Positions 26,272-39,419 of a stretch of DNA of 64,000 bases are shown piece by piece; position 1 is the stretch's first letter; each line of letters begins with the position of its first letter. Origin of the DNA: the human T2T-CHM13v2.0 reference genome, Homo sapiens. The position numbers and the translations under genes were made by a program. The stretch is from the NCBI RefSeq assembly GCF_009914755.1, contig NC_060927.1. One strand, 5' to 3'. Below the pieces are notes generated by a model. It did not search any database. It was not told the origin of the DNA and was given only the letters and a program-made list of their open reading frames with translations.

Positions 26272-28657
26272 CAGGCATAACTCCTTTTATTGTGTTTTCT
26301 TTATTGCGTGTCATAGATACTACTTTTTTTTACAAATTGAAGGTCTGTGGCAATCTTGCATGCAGCAAGTCTATGGGTACTGTTTTTCCAATAGCATGTG
26401 CTCACTCTGTGTCTCTGCATCACATTTTTGTAATTCTCACGTTATTTCAAACTTTTAAAATATTATTATATCTACTATTGTGATCTGTGATCATTGATCT
26501 CTGATATTACTATTGTAATTGATTTGGGGTGCCATGAAATGCACCCATATAGAATAGGGAGCTTAATTAATAAATGTCTGTGTTCTCACTGCTCAATGGA
26601 CGGGCCATTCTCTCATCTCTCTCCCTCTCCTCAGGTTTCCCTATTCCCTAAGACACAACAGTATTGAAACTAGGTGAATATTAACCCTACACTGGCCTCT
26701 AAGTGTTCAAGTGAAAGAAAGAGTAGTATGTCCCTCACTTTAAATCAAAAGCTATAAATGATTAAGCTTAGTGAGGAAGACATGTCAAAAGGAGAGAGAG
26801 GATGAAAGCTAGGCCTCTGATGCCACACAGCCAAGTTATGAATGCAAAACAAAAGTTCTTGAAGGAAATTTAAAGTGCTACTCCAGTAAGCACACAAATG
26901 ATAAGAAGGCAAAACAGCCTTATTGCTGATACAGGGGAAGTTTAGGTGGCTTGGGTAGAATCAAACCAGCCACAACATTCTCTTAAGGAACACCTAATTC
27001 AGAGCAAGGCCCTAACTCTACTCAATTATATAAGGGCTGGGAGAAGTGGGAAAACTTCAGAAGAAAAGTTTGCAGCTAGCAGAGATTGGTTCATGAGGTT
27101 TAAGGAATGAATCTGCCTCTACAACATAAAAGTACAAGGTAAAACAGCAAGTGCTGATGTAGAAGCTGCAACAAATTATCTACAAGATACAGCTAAGATC
27201 ATTGATGAAGATGGCTACACTCAACAACAGATTTTGAATGTAGACAAAACAGCCTTTTTCAGAAGAAAATGCCATCTAGAGCTTTCACAGCCAGAGTCTG
27301 GCTTCAAAGGACAGACTGAATCTCTTGTTAGAGGCAAATGCAGCTGGCAAATTTTAGTTAAAGCCAATGCTAATTTACCATTGCAAAAATTCTAAGACCC
27401 TTAAGAATTCTGCTAAATTTACTCTGCCTATGCTCTAGAAATGGAACAACAAAGCCTGGATGATGGCACATCCGTTTACAGCATGATTTGCTAAATATTT
27501 TATACCCATTGTTGAGACCTACTGCTCAGAAATGATTCCTTCCAAAAGATTACTGCTCGTTAACAGTACACCTGTTCATTTTAGAGCTCTGATGGAAGTG
27601 TACAAGGAGACTAATGTTGTTTTATTCCCTGCTAGCACAACAGCCCATGGACCAAGGAGCAATTGCAACTTTCAGGACTTATAATTTCAGAAATACATTT
27701 AGTAAAGCTATAGCTGCCATAGTTAGTGATTCCTCTAATAGAACTTGGCAAAGTAAATTTAAAACCTTCTGGAAAGGATTCACCATTCCAGATGCCATTA
27801 GGAACATTTGTGATTCGTGGTCAGATGTCAAAATATCAACATTAACAGGTGTTTGGAAGAAGTTGATTCCAACCCTTTTAGATAACTTTGAGTGGTCCAA
27901 GACTTCAGTGGAGGGAGTGTCTGCCTATGTGGTAGAAATTGCAAAATAACTGGAATTAGAAATGGAACCTGAAGGTGTGACTGAATGCCTGCAATCTCAT
28001 GATAAAACTTGAACAGAACAGATGAGAAGTTGCTTCTTATGAATGAGTAAAGAAAGTGGTTTCTTGAAATGGAATCTACTCTGGGTGAAGATGCTGTGAA
28101 CATTTTTGAAATGACAACAAAGCATTTAAAACATTACACAAACTTAGTTGATAAAACAGAATCAGGGGTTGTGAGAACTGACTCTAATTTTGGAAAACGC
28201 TCTACTGTGGGTAAAAAATGCTATCAAATAGCATTGCAAGCTCTAGAGAAGCCTTTCATGAAAAGAAGGGTCAATCTATGTAGCAAACTTCTTTGATGTC
28301 TTATTTTAAGAAATTGCCACAGCCACCCCAACCTTCAGCAACCACCACCCTGATCAACCGGCAGCCATCAATATAGAGGCAACACCCTCCATAAGCAAAA
28401 AGATTACAATTTGCTGAAGGCTCATATAAATGTTAGCATTCTTTAGCAATTTTTTCAATAAAGTATTTTTAAATTAAGATATGTATACTGTTTTTTGGAC
28501 ATAATGCTATTGCACACTTAATACACTACAGTATAGTATAAATATAATTTTTATATGCACTGAGAAACTAAAAATTTCACATGAGTCAATTTATTGTGAT
28601 ATTTTCTTTAATGCAGTGGTCTGAAACCAAACCTACAATATCTCTAAGATATGCCTG
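26272..28657 (+). mobile_element. Near full-length Tigger1 (TcMar-Tigger DNA transposon) with disrupted transposase
   Basis: TIRs CAGGCATA...TATGCCTG followed by TA, ~2.39 kb. ORF pieces 27614-27949 (QPMDQGAIATF...FWKGFTIPDAIRNICDSW...VWKKLIP) and 28069-28296 are pogo/Tigger DDE transposase fragments with stops and frameshifts. Confidence 0.95.
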
Positions 28658-28920
28658 TATTTAATAGTGTGGCCGATATCAGAGAGAGAATGTACCTGTA
28701 TGACTGTTTTTCTTCATCTATGCCTCACGCTATTAATGTTTTCACCCCCTACTGGAAAGAGCTGGAATTGAAGGGACTCTGATCCTATTTCTCAGGTTCT
28801 TAGGGAAATAAACCCTAGCACTGACTGCCTGAAAGGCAGCTCATTCACTGATGTTCATGACTTAAATAATAGTAGAGTTCCTTTTTTCTCTCTCTCTTTC
28901 ATTCCTTTCTTTCTGAAAAT

Positions 28921-28934
28921 GTTGCTATGGTAAC
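28921..28934. promoter_or_regulatory. RFX X-box motif
   Basis: GTTGCT-AT-GGTAAC fits the imperfect-palindrome X-box (GTTGCC-AT-GGCAAC type) and lies in apparently non-repetitive DNA. Motif only; no occupancy data. Confidence 0.55.
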
Positions 28935-29733
28935 CGCACTGGGTTTTCATTCTCTGTCTTCATCATGCTTCTGCTTAGAAGCCCTGGAGAGAGAAACATT
29001 GATCAGTGATGCAATAAGACAGCCTCTGGGGAGAGAGGAAGGCCATCAAGGGGAGTATGTATTCTTAGGACACTGGATCACAACTACTCTTTCAGCAAAG
29101 ACAGGTCGATTTGACCATCCTTTAGGGGGATTTAATTAAAAACCATTCTAGGCCAGCCTGTATGCAGCACAGTAGCAACATGGATCACCAGCATCTAATA
29201 GTGGCATGTCAAAGAAGGCAAGGGTTACTCAGAAATGGCCCACACATATTAAAGGTTTCTGCTGTGGGCCGCTGTCAAGCAAGAAATTCATTTAGTGCTC
29301 ATCCTTTTAGCCAGGGAGATTTACTGCCCATGGGTTGAATTCACTTTTCATGTTATTAGATCACTAGGGACCAGGAAGGTTTCTCTCCCCTCCATCCTAT
29401 GGCTTTCCCAGTGGAAGGGGCTTCTACATAGTTTCACCCACGTATTAAAGGAAGCACACAGGCTGAGGAAATTGTGAATTGTACTTTCAAGGTACTCTCG
29501 TTCCACTGCAGCAATGACTACTGATAGTATTTGCGGTGATGTCTTTTTACATGTGACTTTACAGATACCAGTTTATTTTTAATTTTTCCCCACATTTTCA
29601 TTTTCTCATATATTAGGGGGAGGTAAAGAGATTTGGGAGCCTGAAGGTATTCTGAAAAGCCGCCTGTGAATACCTCATACATGTCAGTGGTGGGCTTCTG
29701 GTTTCCACTTGGAAAATATTCCTGCCCACTTAC

Positions 29734-29783
29734 CAGGATTCTAATGTTTTTTTGGGAGTGAACTGTGCCAGGTTTTAAGATGT
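29734..29783 (-). other. Candidate 50-nt exon (minus strand)
   Basis: Acceptor ccttcctcacttgccag|ACATC and donor CTG|GTAAGT; one frame open (ILKPGTVHSQKNIRIL). Confidence 0.35.
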
Positions 29784-30444
29784 CTGGCAAGTGAGGAAGG
29801 TACTCTGAGAATATAGGACTTGGTGGCCATATACAGTTCTCTCATTTACACTGTCAAAATTCTTCTAGCCCACTTTCTCCTGATTCTCTCAAATCTGCCA
29901 GTACACATTTTCCTTTACCTTCATCCTTGTCCCTCCCTTGCTTCCTTTACCTCCTATCTAATCCCTCCATTCAGTGAGATTCTTTTCAGACTCTGCAATT
30001 ACACAGGCTCCATTGCACCCCATCCTTGCCAGATTCTACATATGTTAACTTATATGAGTTATTCAACATCTATGGGCTTTGAGCTTTCTCATCATTACCA
30101 TGTTATTGTAAAGACTAGTATAATAATGTATATGAAAAAGTGTGTCAGGAAGTATTCACTATACATTAGCTTTTACCTCATTTAGATCCACATATGTTTC
30201 CTGATTTTTTCCACCTCTTTTCTTTACCTCTTTAGTCTCTGATCACATTGCTCAACATGATTTGTTAAAATTTTATTTAATATGTGAAAGTTAGTTAACA
30301 ACATCTTCACACACCAGTGCAAATGCCATAGAAGCTGTAATCATTCAGAGTTACTCCAAGACTCCATCAACTGGTTGCCCAACTTTTTTATCCTACCCCT
30401 TCTCAGAGAGATAAAACATTCCACACTCTGAGTACTCCCATAAG

Positions 30445-30730
30445 GTATTGTATAACTCAAAACAACTACAAGATACGTATATTGTATATACCTACTGTAT
30501 ATATTGTATATCTCAAAACAACTACAAGATAGGTATACTGTATATCTCAAAACAACTACAAGGTAGGATTTGGAATGGTCTCACCACAGAGAAACAATAT
30601 GCTTTTGAGGTGATAGTTATACTGATTACCCTGATTTGATCATTATACAATGCATAAATATATGGAGACATCACATTGTACCCCATAAATATGTACAATT
30701 ATTATGTATCAATTAAAAAGTAAATGAAAA
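30445..30730 (+). mobile_element. L1MA 3'-end fragment with triplicated 5' segment
   Basis: L1MA 3'UTR (ggatttggaatggtctcaccacag...taccctgatttgatcattatacaatg...gtaccccataaatatgtacaattatt); ctcaaaacaactacaag occurs at 30456, 30512 and 30546. Confidence 0.85.
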
Positions 30731-32276
30731 ATGTTAGATCCTCAGAACTTGAATTTCTACTCTTTTCTGTTCCTTGCCTCTTTTTCGAATGGCCTACCAC
30801 CATGCCAATTTAAACTTATATACTTAACAAGCCACTGTAGATAAATTGGACAATATACAGTATTTTATTACACTTACTGTGAATAAAGTTAGCACTTAAA
30901 GATCTATGCCTTCTCCCTCAAGGAACACTCACTCAGGGATTTCACAACAAACCCTCAAATGATAATTTCCAAATGTGCAGCTCCACCCTGATTTCTGTCT
31001 CAGCATTCACTCTCTTAATTCTCAATACCTTCTGAAAGCTTCTATCAATATGTACAGAATCATCTCAAATTTATTACAAGTCCTTTGTAGCTCATCTGCA
31101 AAAAGTATTTTACTCTAAATAATTTCCAATGACCCTGCCAACCTGCCAATCTATGACTTTTTGTATTACTCTAAGACAATCTGTATCACTCTCGCAACTC
31201 CCTCTCTACTGTAATATCCCAATATTTGTCAACTGTTCATTCATTTCATATTTTTTGAGAAAATTATGCTTATAAAGTTATAATTGTTTTTGATTCACTA
31301 TTACCTAATTAGGCACTGAACTCATCTTCCAAGTCAAGTTGAATATTGTGTCATATTTCTTTACAATCTTTTCCTCCCACCACTCTAATGAGAATCAGAA
31401 CAATCATTATAATTAGTGTGTCCTTTCCTTCTCTCTGTAATCCAACAGACACACAACTACCAACTCAATATTCTGAAAACATTGTGTTCATATTTCACTC
31501 TCCTGCTCAATAATCACTGGAGGTAAATGGAACTCCAATGTCCACAGAAGAACACTGAGGCTCTAGAGCCCAGCACTCACATCCCTTCATAATAACACTT
31601 TTCTTTTTCAATCTTCTTACCTGCTTCTTCTCAACATAATTTTTCCTACCCAATCAATACACAAAGTCAAAATTTTGATTGCATTTAATTACGATTTGTT
31701 CATCACATCACAAATGTACATGCCACTGTGTGGAATGCCCCACTATCTTCTTTTACCTATTTCTTTCTTTTTGTTCATGATACTATTCAACTTCCTCCTA
31801 ATCCCAGCAAGTCTTCCACGACTCTCCCATTCACAGAGATTTATTTTGACCTGTAACACCTATAACACTTCCTATGAACCTACCACTTAATCATATATAG
31901 TTTTACCCCGTATGTAACATATTAATGTGTATGGTATATGGAGCATTAATGGTGTATGTAAGGGATCCTGAATGGTACTACAGGTTTATTAATACAACAC
32001 TTTAATTAAAGTGTTCCCAGTTATAAATACAGCATAGCAGGCACTCGATTACATAATAGGGACACAATGGAAAACAAGGTAGACGCTGTAGCTGCCTCAT
32101 GAAAAGTGTAACCTAATAGAGGCTCATGCAGGGAAGCAATAAAGAAGTATGATGAATGGTATGAAGACAGTAGTACAAGGTGTCATAGAGCACAAAGAAG
32201 GGACACCAAATATGGTCTGCAGGTGGGAGAGGCACATGAGCACATAGGAAAATATTCTTGGTTAAAGTTATATCTA

Positions 32277-32577
32277 GGCCAGGCGCGGTGGCTCACGCCT
32301 GTAATCCCAGGACTTTGGGAGGCCGAGGCAGGCGGATCATGAGGTCAGGAGTTGGAGACCAGCCTGGCCAACATAGTGAAACCCCATCTCTACTAAAAAT
32401 ACAAAAATTAGCCAGGCATGGTGGCACGTGCCTGTATTCCCAGCCACTCGGAAGGCTGAGGTGGAAGAATCCTTTGAACCCAGGAGGAGGAGGTTGCAGG
32501 TTGCAGTGAGTAGACCACGCCACTGCACTCCAGCTTGGGTGACAGAGTGAGACTCCATTTCAAAAAAAAAAAAAAAA
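32277..32577 (+). mobile_element. AluS (AluSg-like)
   Basis: ggccaggcgcggtggctcacgcctgtaatcccag...ggatcatgaggtcaggagtt...poly-A; degenerate TSD aaagttatatcta/aaattataaccta. Confidence 0.96.
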
Positions 32578-33942
32578 TTATAACCTAATTTAAGACCTAA
32601 ATAATAAATAGTATTTTGGTAGGTAAATAGGGGAGGAGACTATGAATATGAGGTAGTGAAAATCTTAGAAGAAGAAGAAACAGCATACACAAAATCCTAG
32701 TAATAAAAACATATTGCACCTTCAAAGAACTAAAAGAAATTGAAGATGGCTAGAATTGGGGAAAGCAGGAGATTTTATCTCAGTTTTAACTGGGTCCAGA
32801 ATCCTATAAGGCCTTATAGTTCATAGTAAAGATTTAGAAAGTTGGCCTGACAATGAATGCTTTTAAGCATAACAATAATTTCATAAAATTCTTAACATGT
32901 AGTAATCCAGGAAGAACATAATGGTTGCTTGAATTAGGACTCTTGTAGTTAGGGTGGACAAAAGTAGATGGATAAAGAAAATACAGAAGAGGCAAAATTA
33001 ACAGGCTTTCTTTGGTGGTAGACTAAACTCCTAAGGGTAGAAACTGTACTTATGCATCTCTGTATCCCACACAGTGCCTGCCATGGTATTTTAGTGCAGA
33101 AGGGACCCTATAAATATTTGTTGAATGAATAAATGAAGCCTCTAAAACTTCTCTCCCTAGAAGAAATATGAATTACATTCATGTTTCATTTATAAGGAAT
33201 GTAATGAATGCTGAAAGCAGAGGCAAAACCTTTCAGCATCAGTCCTGTTGAAGGAGCTAGTAAGTAGGAATTTCAGAGTACTGCTGTGTGCAGCCCCAGG
33301 GGAGCATGGCTGGTTTAAGGCCAAGGATTCAGGATTGCCATCACAAAGATGGCTGTGGTATACCAGGCAATTGAGAAGGTGAAAGGGCAGCAGGAAATCT
33401 AATTCCAGAGTTTTGCAACAGAACACAGATTTTTTATTTTATTTTATTTTATTTTATTTTTTTGCAATAAGGCCAGCTTCTTAAATGCTACAATTACCCA
33501 TATCAGAAGAGGGAGTATGTCACACATACTTTCACATGCTTCTGCAAAACAGTTGAGTTGAGTTTGGGATAAGGAAATGATATGGATAGCAAACTGAATG
33601 CCATATTCTGAAAGCATAATTCCATCCTGGCCACCTTGGCAAGTCATAGAGAAATAATTGGCTAAATATTTCTTTGTATTCTCTACCATCTTTCTTTCTT
33701 TCCCTCTATTCAACTTCATTCTTTCCCTGGTGCATCTCTCTCCTCTCTTATACTTTTCTTGTATCTCATTTTTCCTCAAGCTCTAGCTCTTCTTAGCTCC
33801 ATCCCCTCCCTCCCTCTTAGCTTAGTATCAGGGTTGAGGTCACAGAATGAGCCAAGGATTAATTTAAAACCTATTTAAATTGAGATGGGGGGAGATATAG
33901 CATATTTTCCCTCAGCTCAAACCTTCTACCAACAACTGCCAC

Positions 33943-33980
<38 letters not shown>
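33943..33980. repeat. (CA)n microsatellite
   Basis: Direct observation. Confidence 0.95.
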
Positions 33981-33982
<2 letters not shown>

Positions 33983-34029
33983 GCCAACAGTAATTGTTAG
34001 CTGACCACAGAATATTTATATCTGATGTC

Positions 34030-34330
34030 TCACCATTAATGTTCAATAATAGAGAAAATATTAAGAAAACGATAGTTCTTCTAGACACACCACCATGTAG
34101 CCATCAAAATGCTATTTGTTGAGGAATTTTAAAAGATGGGAAATTCTTTTGTTGTCATGTTAACATGGAAGAAAGTCAGAAATTATATTTCAATATAATT
34201 TCAAATAGGTAAAATATGCATTTGAATACTGGAAAGTCATACACAAATGTATTAGCAGTGATTAATTTTGTACAATGCTTTCATTTCCATTATTATACAG
34301 TTCTGTAGTTTAAATTTGCAATGAACATAG
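34030..34330 (+). mobile_element. Old L1M 3' fragment
   Basis: Degenerate taatgttcaataatagagaaaat...accatgtagccatcaaaa...actggaaagtcatacacaaatgtattagcagtgatta. Confidence 0.5.
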
Positions 34331-35119
34331 GTTCATTCCATTTGGGGGGAAATATCTCAAAAGAAAGGTGCAAACAAGACACCATGTGGTGTATATGTGT
34401 GGTAGGAGAAGTATTGTAAATGAATTCATTAAACTTTATAATAAGACGTAGCTCTGAGTATAAGATTTTTAGGTTCTGGGTGGAACATACAATAAGAGTT
34501 AAATGACCCTGGTGATGACTTACGTCAAAATAAATGTTTTAAGCACAGAATATCTAAGTCTAAGAATCATAAATGAGGCCACATGCTCATGCTTAGAAGA
34601 TTCTCCAGCCATCTTGTGAATCTAGTCAATCCTATAATCCAAGTGTTAAGAGTGATGTTCTCTACTCAAATTTTTACTTCCTAATACTTTACTGGAAGCT
34701 ATCCTACCTAATAAGGAAACTTGGTGTCAGCTTATTTATGTATTTGTTAATCTGTTTATCTATTTATTTGTTAAGCTATATCTTGGGGGTAGATACACCA
34801 GTATCTTTTGCACTGTCTCACATGAATTATTTTCAGTTTTCAAATGAAAAGTACTATATAAGCCCTTTTGCAATTCTCACTCTGGTCCTTTTGTGTGGAA
34901 TATTCTATTTCACAGTTTGTCAACATGGTAACCTCCGGCACATCTTTTAAAATAGTTTGAGTATACTTCTCTAATAAAGCTTTCCATAATTTCTCTTACA
35001 TCCTAATGGGTAGAAAGACTATCACAATCTTCTGTGATTCCATTATAGCCAACACATGTTCCCATCATAGCACCTATAATTTATCGGCTTTTTTCATTGT
35101 TAGAATACTTGTATGTATG

Positions 35120-35330
35120 CATTTATTTTTATTGTGGTTAAAAACCTCTCAAATGCAATCTACTCTCTTAACAAAATATTAAGGGTATAATACAGCATTA
35201 TTAACTATAGACACAATATTTTAGAGAAGATATCTAGGACTTAATCATCTGACATAAATGAAACTGTATACCTAATGAACAGCGATTCTCCCATTTTCCC
35301 CTCCCCCATGGCCCATAGAAATCACAATTT
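35120..35330 (-). mobile_element. L1MA/MB 3'-end fragment, antisense
   Basis: ttattgtggttaaaa...tctactctcttaacaaaat...tacagcattattaactatag...aactgtatacctaatgaacag. Confidence 0.75.
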
Positions 35331-36647
35331 TTAATGACCAATATGTCTTTAGGTCTCATTTCAAACTTGCTTAAGAAGGCAATGGAATGTGGTTTTTGAC
35401 AATATGTGATTTGGAATTAGATATACTTGAATTCAAGTCTTGCTTTGCTAATTACTAAGTATAAAATTTGTGGCAAATCAATATCAATAAACTAAATACA
35501 ATTTGAATAATAATTTTATTGTTAGCATGATAAGCCATTGGGTCTGTCACAATTTGAACAATAATTTTATTATTAGCATTATAAGGCTGTTGGGAAGACC
35601 AGAAAACATTTATTCTGGTTTTGATTATCTGGGCACCTACAGTGGACTCTTGCTAAGATATTGTCAATGGTCAAGAACAGTGAATAGCTCATAATAAATG
35701 CTTTCATGTTAATTCTTATTGATGGTAGAGAATAAAGTTATTCTTTAACTGCTCTCAGTTCCTCAGGATGCCACATAGTGAAGAAATAGACAAAAACTAA
35801 AACTGTTCCATCCTTTCCCACTCTGTTTGAAAACACAAACAGGGCCATAACAGTAGTCATTACCTCTTCAGTATGTACAAAATTGATATGTTATTGTCTC
35901 AGCATAGGTACTGTTCTATGCTTCATCGGAACTCATCTGCCTCAGTGGAAAAATACATATGGTAGATGTTGTGAAAGTATTGCTTCCATCTTCATGGGAT
36001 TCTTACCTGACTTAATAATTGTAACATGAGGAAAATTTCTGCCTAAAATTTATAAGAGGTAAATGGTTCTCCACAATTGTGTCCTCTTCAGAACCCAGAT
36101 TCTTCCAAATCATGCTAATAGTATCACTAACTCTAACACATCAGTGTTCAACCCTTTCCAAGAGGGTTAGGCCCTTTCAGAGAAGAGAGGGGGCAACATT
36201 TTCATGAAAAGAAATGCTTCTGGAAATGAAATTTGAGGTACATTGATACTTACATAGTAATTAATTAGGAATAAAATAGCTTTCCTGTTATCTTTCAAAT
36301 CATATCATATAGGTTATCACCTTTTTCCCTTATCTGAGAGGCTGACTTAGATCATCTCAGCTATCACATAGAAAGGAAACACAGGATCATCATCAATGAA
36401 GTCCTGGAAAATCTACCAGCACAGAAGTGATTCCTACCACAACACAGCTCCAACACAGCTATTCTTTGTGTCTGTCCAGATGAGCTGTCCAGATGAGCTG
36501 CACAAACACAGAGAATAGATGGCAGCCTTGGGACAGGCTGACTGTAGACTGGGTCAGAGAAAGAAAACAGTGTGGCTCCATATTAAAACACAACTTCAAT
36601 AGCATCCCCTCTACACAAAATGTTGGGAAGCTATAGCAGCAACGTAC

Positions 36648-36704
36648 AGGATGTTGGTTTAAATCAACCTCAGAGAGAATGTTATCTATTTCTTTAAATA
36701 TAGC
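36648..36704 (-). other. Candidate 57-nt in-frame exon, AIFKEIDNILSEVDLNQHP
   Basis: Acceptor tttgacctctttgcttgtattacag|GCT and donor CCT|GTACGT; length a multiple of 3; only the phase-0 frame is open. Protein not recognised. Confidence 0.35.
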
Positions 36705-36811
36705 CTGTAATACAAGCAAAGAGGTCAAACAGTAACAAATGAAAAGTGTCCAGATAGGAGTTACCATCCTAGAGCAAAGAGTAGTCTAGCAGCCTACCCA
36801 TGTATCACATA

Positions 36812-38054
36812 CAATCATGTGCCACACAACGACTTTTCCATCAACAATGAATCACATATACCATGGTGGTGCCATAAAATTATAATGGAGCTGGAAAATT
36901 CCTATTGACTGCTGACATCATTGCCATCCTAACACTATATTGCAATGCATTATTCATGTGTTTGTGGTGATGCAGGTGTAAGCAAACCCACTGTACTCCA
37001 GTCATACGAAACTATAGCACACACAATTATGTACAATACATAATACTTGATAATGATAACAACTATGTTACTGGTTTATATATTTACCAGAACATATTTT
37101 TATCATTATTTTAGAGTGTTCTCCTTCTACTTATTTTTTTAGCTTAACTGCAAAACAGCCTCAGGCAGGTCCTTCAGGAGGTATTCCAGAAGAAGGCATT
37201 GTTATCATAGGAAATGACAGCTTCATGCATGTTATTGCCCCTGAAGACTTTCCAGTGGGACAAGATGTGGAGATGGAAGACAGTTATATGGATGATCCTG
37301 ACCCTGTGTAGGTCTAGGCTAACGTATATGTTTTTGTCTTGTTTACAAAAACATTTATAAAGTTAAAAAAAATAAAAAATAAAAAATGGAAAAATGCTTA
37401 TAGAATGATATAAAGAAAGCAAATATATTTGCACAGCTGTATAATGTTTGTGCTTTAAGCCAAGTGTTATTACACAAGACAATTTTTTAAAAAATTTAAA
37501 AATTTATAAAGTAAAAAAGGTTATAGGAAGCTAAGGTTAATTTCTTATTGAAGAAAGAAAAAATTTTAAATAAATTTAGTGTAGTGTCTATAAAGTTTAT
37601 GGTAGTATGCAGTAATGTCTTTAACATTCACTCGCCATTCACCCACTGACTCACCCAGAATAACTTCCAGCCCTGAAAGCTCCTTTCATGGTAAGTGCCC
37701 TATATAGGTGCTTCATTTTTTATCTTTTATAGTATGTTTTCACTGTGCCTTTTCTATATTTAGATATATTTAGGCACAGAAATTCTTGCCACATCATTGT
37801 GTTACAATTGCCTGGAGTATTCAGTACAACAACAGGTTTTCCAGGTTTTTAGCCTAGGAGCAATAAGCTATACCATATAGCCTAGGTGTGTAGGCTAGGC
37901 TGTATTGTATAGATTATTGCTACTAGGCTAAAATCTAGGTTATATCATCTAGGTTTGTGTACATATACTTTATGTATCATGTTGGCACAATGATGAAATC
38001 ACCTAACAGTGCATTTCTCAGAATGTGTCTTCATTGTTAAGTGACATATGAATA
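36812..38054 (+). mobile_element. Tigger3b (Golem) non-autonomous DNA transposon
   Basis: TA|caatcatgtgccacacaacgac...ggtggtgccataaaattataatggagctggaaaattcctat start; ...gttaagtgacatatgaata|TA end; ~1.24 kb. Confidence 0.88.
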
Positions 38055-38213
38055 TAATAACAAAGAAACAAGTCCATATTCCTGGGTTCGTATGTTATAC
38101 ATACTAAGAAACACACATGCACACACACACACATGCACACAGTTAACTGGCACATTTTATATATATATAAAGGGTCGAAGAATAAACTTGATATTTCTTT
38201 TTCTCCCTCTTAG

Positions 38214-38413
38214 GTGCCAATGCATTTACAACCATGATTATTTAAAATAGAGTTCATATTTTTCTCGCAGTTCGTGGTATTTTTAATGGTTTTAAACATC
38301 TCCTTTTTGCATTTAATATTGTGTACTATCCCAAGCAGCATCAGCGAACCTGCTCAAAGACACCCCAGTGGCATATCTTGAGTAGCCTGGGGATGAGCAA
38401 ATCTGAAGGATGA
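38214..38413 (+). other. Candidate non-coding exon (plus strand), 200 nt; alternative acceptor at 38271
   Basis: Strong acceptor tttctttttctccctcttag|GTG, second acceptor tttttctcgcag|TTC, donor TGA|GTAAGT; stops in all frames. Confidence 0.4.
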
Positions 38414-39419
38414 GTAAGTATATCTTTTAGTACCTGCTGTCTAGCAAAATGTCATGCCACTCAGTACAGACAGATCTGAAGAATAAAGTTGTCCTTAGTT
38501 AAGAATCTACAAACTGATCTGTGGAGTTTTAATAGGCCAACACGTCCTGGCCTCACACACCTCCCCTCGAAAACCTTATGTTCAAATGTAGTTTTAAAAT
38601 TAGTTTTCTCCTTAATGATGAAATTGAATTAGATTCACCAAGCACACCTATACATGGCATATGTCAACAGTTTTCAAAATCCCAAATTTTCCTTGGGAAG
38701 GAAAGGAGAGTAAAAACTAAAAGTTTTAGGCTTTCTAGTTAATTATCTTCATGTTAATATCATTGGGAAATAAAGGTGGGAAAAGGTAGAAAACAGTACA
38801 AAAATGAGAATCAGTTTTAAAAAGACAGTACAATCTTATAGTTCTACTCATGCACACTGTGATACTTAATGGGACATTATAACAAGTTCTCCCAAAGTCA
38901 GATGAGAGCAAACACTACAGCTTCTCACTTACAGCATAAGGTGACGACATTAGTGGTAAGAGGGTGGTAGTAAGAAGGCCTGAAGGCAAGAGCAGATCAG
39001 CTGTTGGAGGATGGAGAGACACGAGTAGAGTAATTGCTTGTTGACTAATTGAAGTGCCTCTTCACCATTTTATCATTCATGAGAACAAATGTCAAAAAGT
39101 ATTGATGACTACTTGAAGGATGATACAAAAGAGATCACTTAATAGTGAGGAAATATAAAGATAAATAAGTTGCAAAAGAAACGGGATAGGTAGAATTAAG
39201 CAACAATTCATGGAAGCTGCTTGACAGTGTATACGATTTGGATACTCAGCCTTGAATGAGCTTCTGGGCAGGTCTGACCATTACCCTGGCTTCCTTTGAT
39301 GTAGCCATGATAAAATATCATAGAAATGCAAAGTTAGCACCAATACAACATTCTAGGCAAGCTTGTATGGTTGGCACAACAAGAAAAATAAGAAAATCTG
39401 ATTATCACCAAAATATTAC

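Noticed and set aside
27614-28296. ORFs with transposase-like residues
   Set aside because: Fragments of the decayed Tigger1 transposase.
30445-30562. Repeat-spacer-like pattern superficially resembling a CRISPR array
   Set aside because: Eukaryotic context, the unit derives from the L1 3'UTR, and the linkers are low complexity.
35499-36501. Small tandem duplications (35499-35585, 36473-36501; also 10209-10244)
   Set aside because: Ordinary slippage products with no sign of function.
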